This document shows, in pieces, positions 61,297-64,000 of a DNA stretch of 64,000 nucleotides (its first letter is position 1; each line of letters opens with the position of its first letter). The notes under the pieces are model-generated. The model was given only the letters and a program-made list of their open reading frames with translations, had not been told where the DNA came from and made no database searches. Source of the stretch: Enoplolaimus lenunculus (lineage: Eukaryota). A program made the position numbers and the translations under genes. The stretch lies in contig JASANG010002792.1 of assembly GCA_030248215.1 (NCBI GenBank), positions 62,001-126,000 of the forward strand, read 5' to 3'.

Positions 61297-64000
61297 AAAG
61301 AGCGTTTTTAGTAAATTTTTCCCAATTTTAACTTGGATTAATTGCACCGTAGGCGCTAATTGTTTTTATTCATGTTGTGTTTTGACTATATTTTTGACGT
61401 ATGTTTTTGAAAAGACATCGTGAGTTTCACATAAACCATTCACATTGTAGAATTTTCAAGTGGGTCGACAGCCCCCCTCTGGATCCGCCACTGAATGCTT
61501 TTAGGCAAATCCGGAGTCATTGCGTAAGGTCCACGTCTGGCTAGGGCTACAACCTACGCGTATATATATACTTTAGCATATGCTTTGGCGTAGGCTTAAA
61601 AGGTAGCGGCCGTCCTCGGGCCTGAATGGTCGTGCGTATATTTGTCATATTTTATTCATAGATAACAGAAAATATATTCCTTGTATGATAAATGCTATAT
61701 AAAATACATCAAAAATAGCAGCAGCAGCAACAACAACAACAAACTTAAATATATCCGTTTTTAAAGTTTAGTTAAATTAACAAAATTTCAGACTTTTGTG
61801 TTGGTATGCTTTTTTTATGCTTATCTCGCAAAAACAATCAACCGTGATATGTCCCTGCTATCGTTTCTTGTGTTTCAGTATTGGCAATTGTATTGCTGCA
61901 ATTTATTGCAAATATTGCAGATGCGCTAATTTCGTAAATCCGCTGTGCACATTTTAAATGGGTCGTATTTATCGTTTAGCTTTAGCCAGCTCCGCAACTT
62001 GGAATAGTTGGTTTAGGCACTGTTGGATTGGCACTAAAATCGACCCTTACATAGTTTGATACAATAAATCTCACGTGCCAGGGTTCCATCGGAATTCAAA
62101 AATACGGAAACGGAAACCGAAAAAAGTGCAATTTGCAAAATAACTGTTACAAAATAAATTTTCGGCCCAATTTCACTTTAAATATAGTCGACATACGATT
62201 ATTTAACAATTGCCATCAAACATGTAAAGTATGCAACGTTAAGAGGCTGCTTTTGTTGAAACCGCTATCGCAAAGACAGTTTGGGAAATTTTATATTTCG
62301 CAATCGTTTTGCAGATTTTTCTATTTTGCCGAGGGGCCAAAATTCTAACCAGCCCGCTATGCTTTTGCCCTTTTCAACGCTGTAAAGAACTTTTGGACTT
62401 AGTGGCGAAGCCTTGCAGCTTCATCCCTCTGCTAACCATTTGTCGCGGCTCTAGAATTAGTAGCAATAACGTCGTAACTGTGAATGAGCATAGAAAGTGG
62501 CTTTGCTTGTGCCGTCTGATATTCAACGGCTTAGCATCGCATTCAATCTTCGTGGAAAATACTTTCACTCAAGCTAAACAAAGGTTGTAGATTGTAATTT
62601 AAGTCATATTGACTTTAGTGGTCTCCCGACAATTGACAATTCATCGCCTGACAACTCGTCTATCGACAACACGTACGACGAATGGTTAATACGATTTTAA
62701 TTGGCCCATGTATACAGCAGGGTCGGAACCGCAGTATAAGCATATTTTTATGCCTAAGCCTAAGCCTAAGCCTAAGCCTAAGCAAAAAAGTTAGTCTAAA
62801 GCTTAAACAGACTCTATTACAGCACCGCCGGAAAACAATCCAACCCTGTTCTATAAATGCTACTTTTAATGTATAAACTTGCGCTCAGTGTGGAATATTG
62901 CTGTTTTGCATATTTCGAGGTAGAGGCTGTACTTATATAAATATAGAGCGTCGATGGCAGGCTGGGATAAGCGTAGTTTGTTGTTTTCATATTTTGTAAA
63001 AGTTTTGTGTCTGACAGGACCGCAACCAGTTCATCATGCTAGAAAGATAAAAATAATTTAAGAATGAGCAAGTACTGGTTTCACAAGCCTTTCAACCATG
63101 GCTAAAATTCTAGGGGAGGGCGAAATTTTTACTGAATAGACTAATGCCCATATCCAACTCTGGCTATAAACCTCGCTAATAAAAATAGCTTTTGTGAACC
63201 AAGATTATTTTTTGACCGAAGCATGAGCGCAGCTGAAGCGAGCAAATAGTGACAACATTTGTCTGGCCCCTGAAAAAAGCTACTATTTTAGAACCATTTT
63301 TGTGTCACAATTTAGGAACACCTGCACCTTGGTTATACGATCAAAATTACACTAGATAATTAACATTAAATAGAAAATTTATCACTATATTATACTAGGT
63401 AAAAGTGCCCCTAGAAGGGACAGATTGTGATATGTTTCGCTTGAAGCATGTAAAATACTTTAAACAAGGGTTAGTTAGACCATAGATCAGTAGGTAATAT
63501 TTATAATATTAGCTCCATAACTTCTATGAAAATAGTTGTCATCTATATCTTTGACGGCTGTCTTTCAGTGTTAACACGCTTGCGGTCAGTGAAACAAGAA
63601 ACATATGGGCCCAGCGGACATCACCTATCAGCTTAATTTTAGCGTTTGTTGGGTTTTACAATGTTCAGTTTATAAGTGATCTAATCTAGCATTCTTCATT
63701 GGAAGAGGATATTTTTTGAGTTTTAAAATATTATGTTTCTAAAACTTGATTAGTAAATATTTCAATATTGCAAGATTACAATTGGGTCTATTGATTATCG
63801 AATAAAAAATGTCACGCATACGTGCTCGACAATTTTAGCTATCTTTACCATGACAATTTGATGATGTGAAGTCGAGAAACTTTTCCAAATTGTGTTCTGT
63901 GCCGTGACATATTTAAGCTATTCATCTATAAAATACAATTCAAACGTTGCTAAATATTTCAAAGAACATGTTCTGGTGGCGCTCAATTGAGATAACTTTA

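Noticed and set aside
59315..62590. Scattered plus-strand exon-like pieces (MPEDAERKH|..., LAIVLLQFIANIADALIS|...)
   Set aside because: I could not assemble a stop-free, phase-consistent model.

Overview
AT-rich, intron-rich eukaryotic DNA, very probably from a nematode. The evidence is abundant TTAGGC telomere-type repeats and a CAP protein closely resembling C. elegans LON-1. I reconstructed these genes by hand from GT-AG exons: (1) the 3' two-thirds of an intact METTL3 m6A methyltransferase (+, 2-2283); (2) a secretin/adhesion-class 7TM receptor that the ORF track mostly misses (-, ~6141-9986); (3) a signal peptide-PAN-PAN-Thr-rich mucin-Sushi protein directly upstream on the same strand (-, ~10600/12273-20492), possibly the ectodomain of that receptor; (4) a LON-1-like CAP/SCP gene (-, 28340-33188); (5) a cluster of secreted Cys-rich protein exons (ShK, TIL and an unnamed repeated Cys module; -, 45112-56283), partly decayed. 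Introns and spacers are packed with MITE families (CACTG-, pogo-, Harbinger- and hAT-like, plus a TTAGGC-carrying family), a Helentron/DINE-like element, a CR1 3' fragment, tRNA-derived SINE-like heads, satellites and a young 1.1-kb foldback. Two G-depleted tracts look like base-calling artefacts. All family assignments come from motif recognition by eye; no searches were run.
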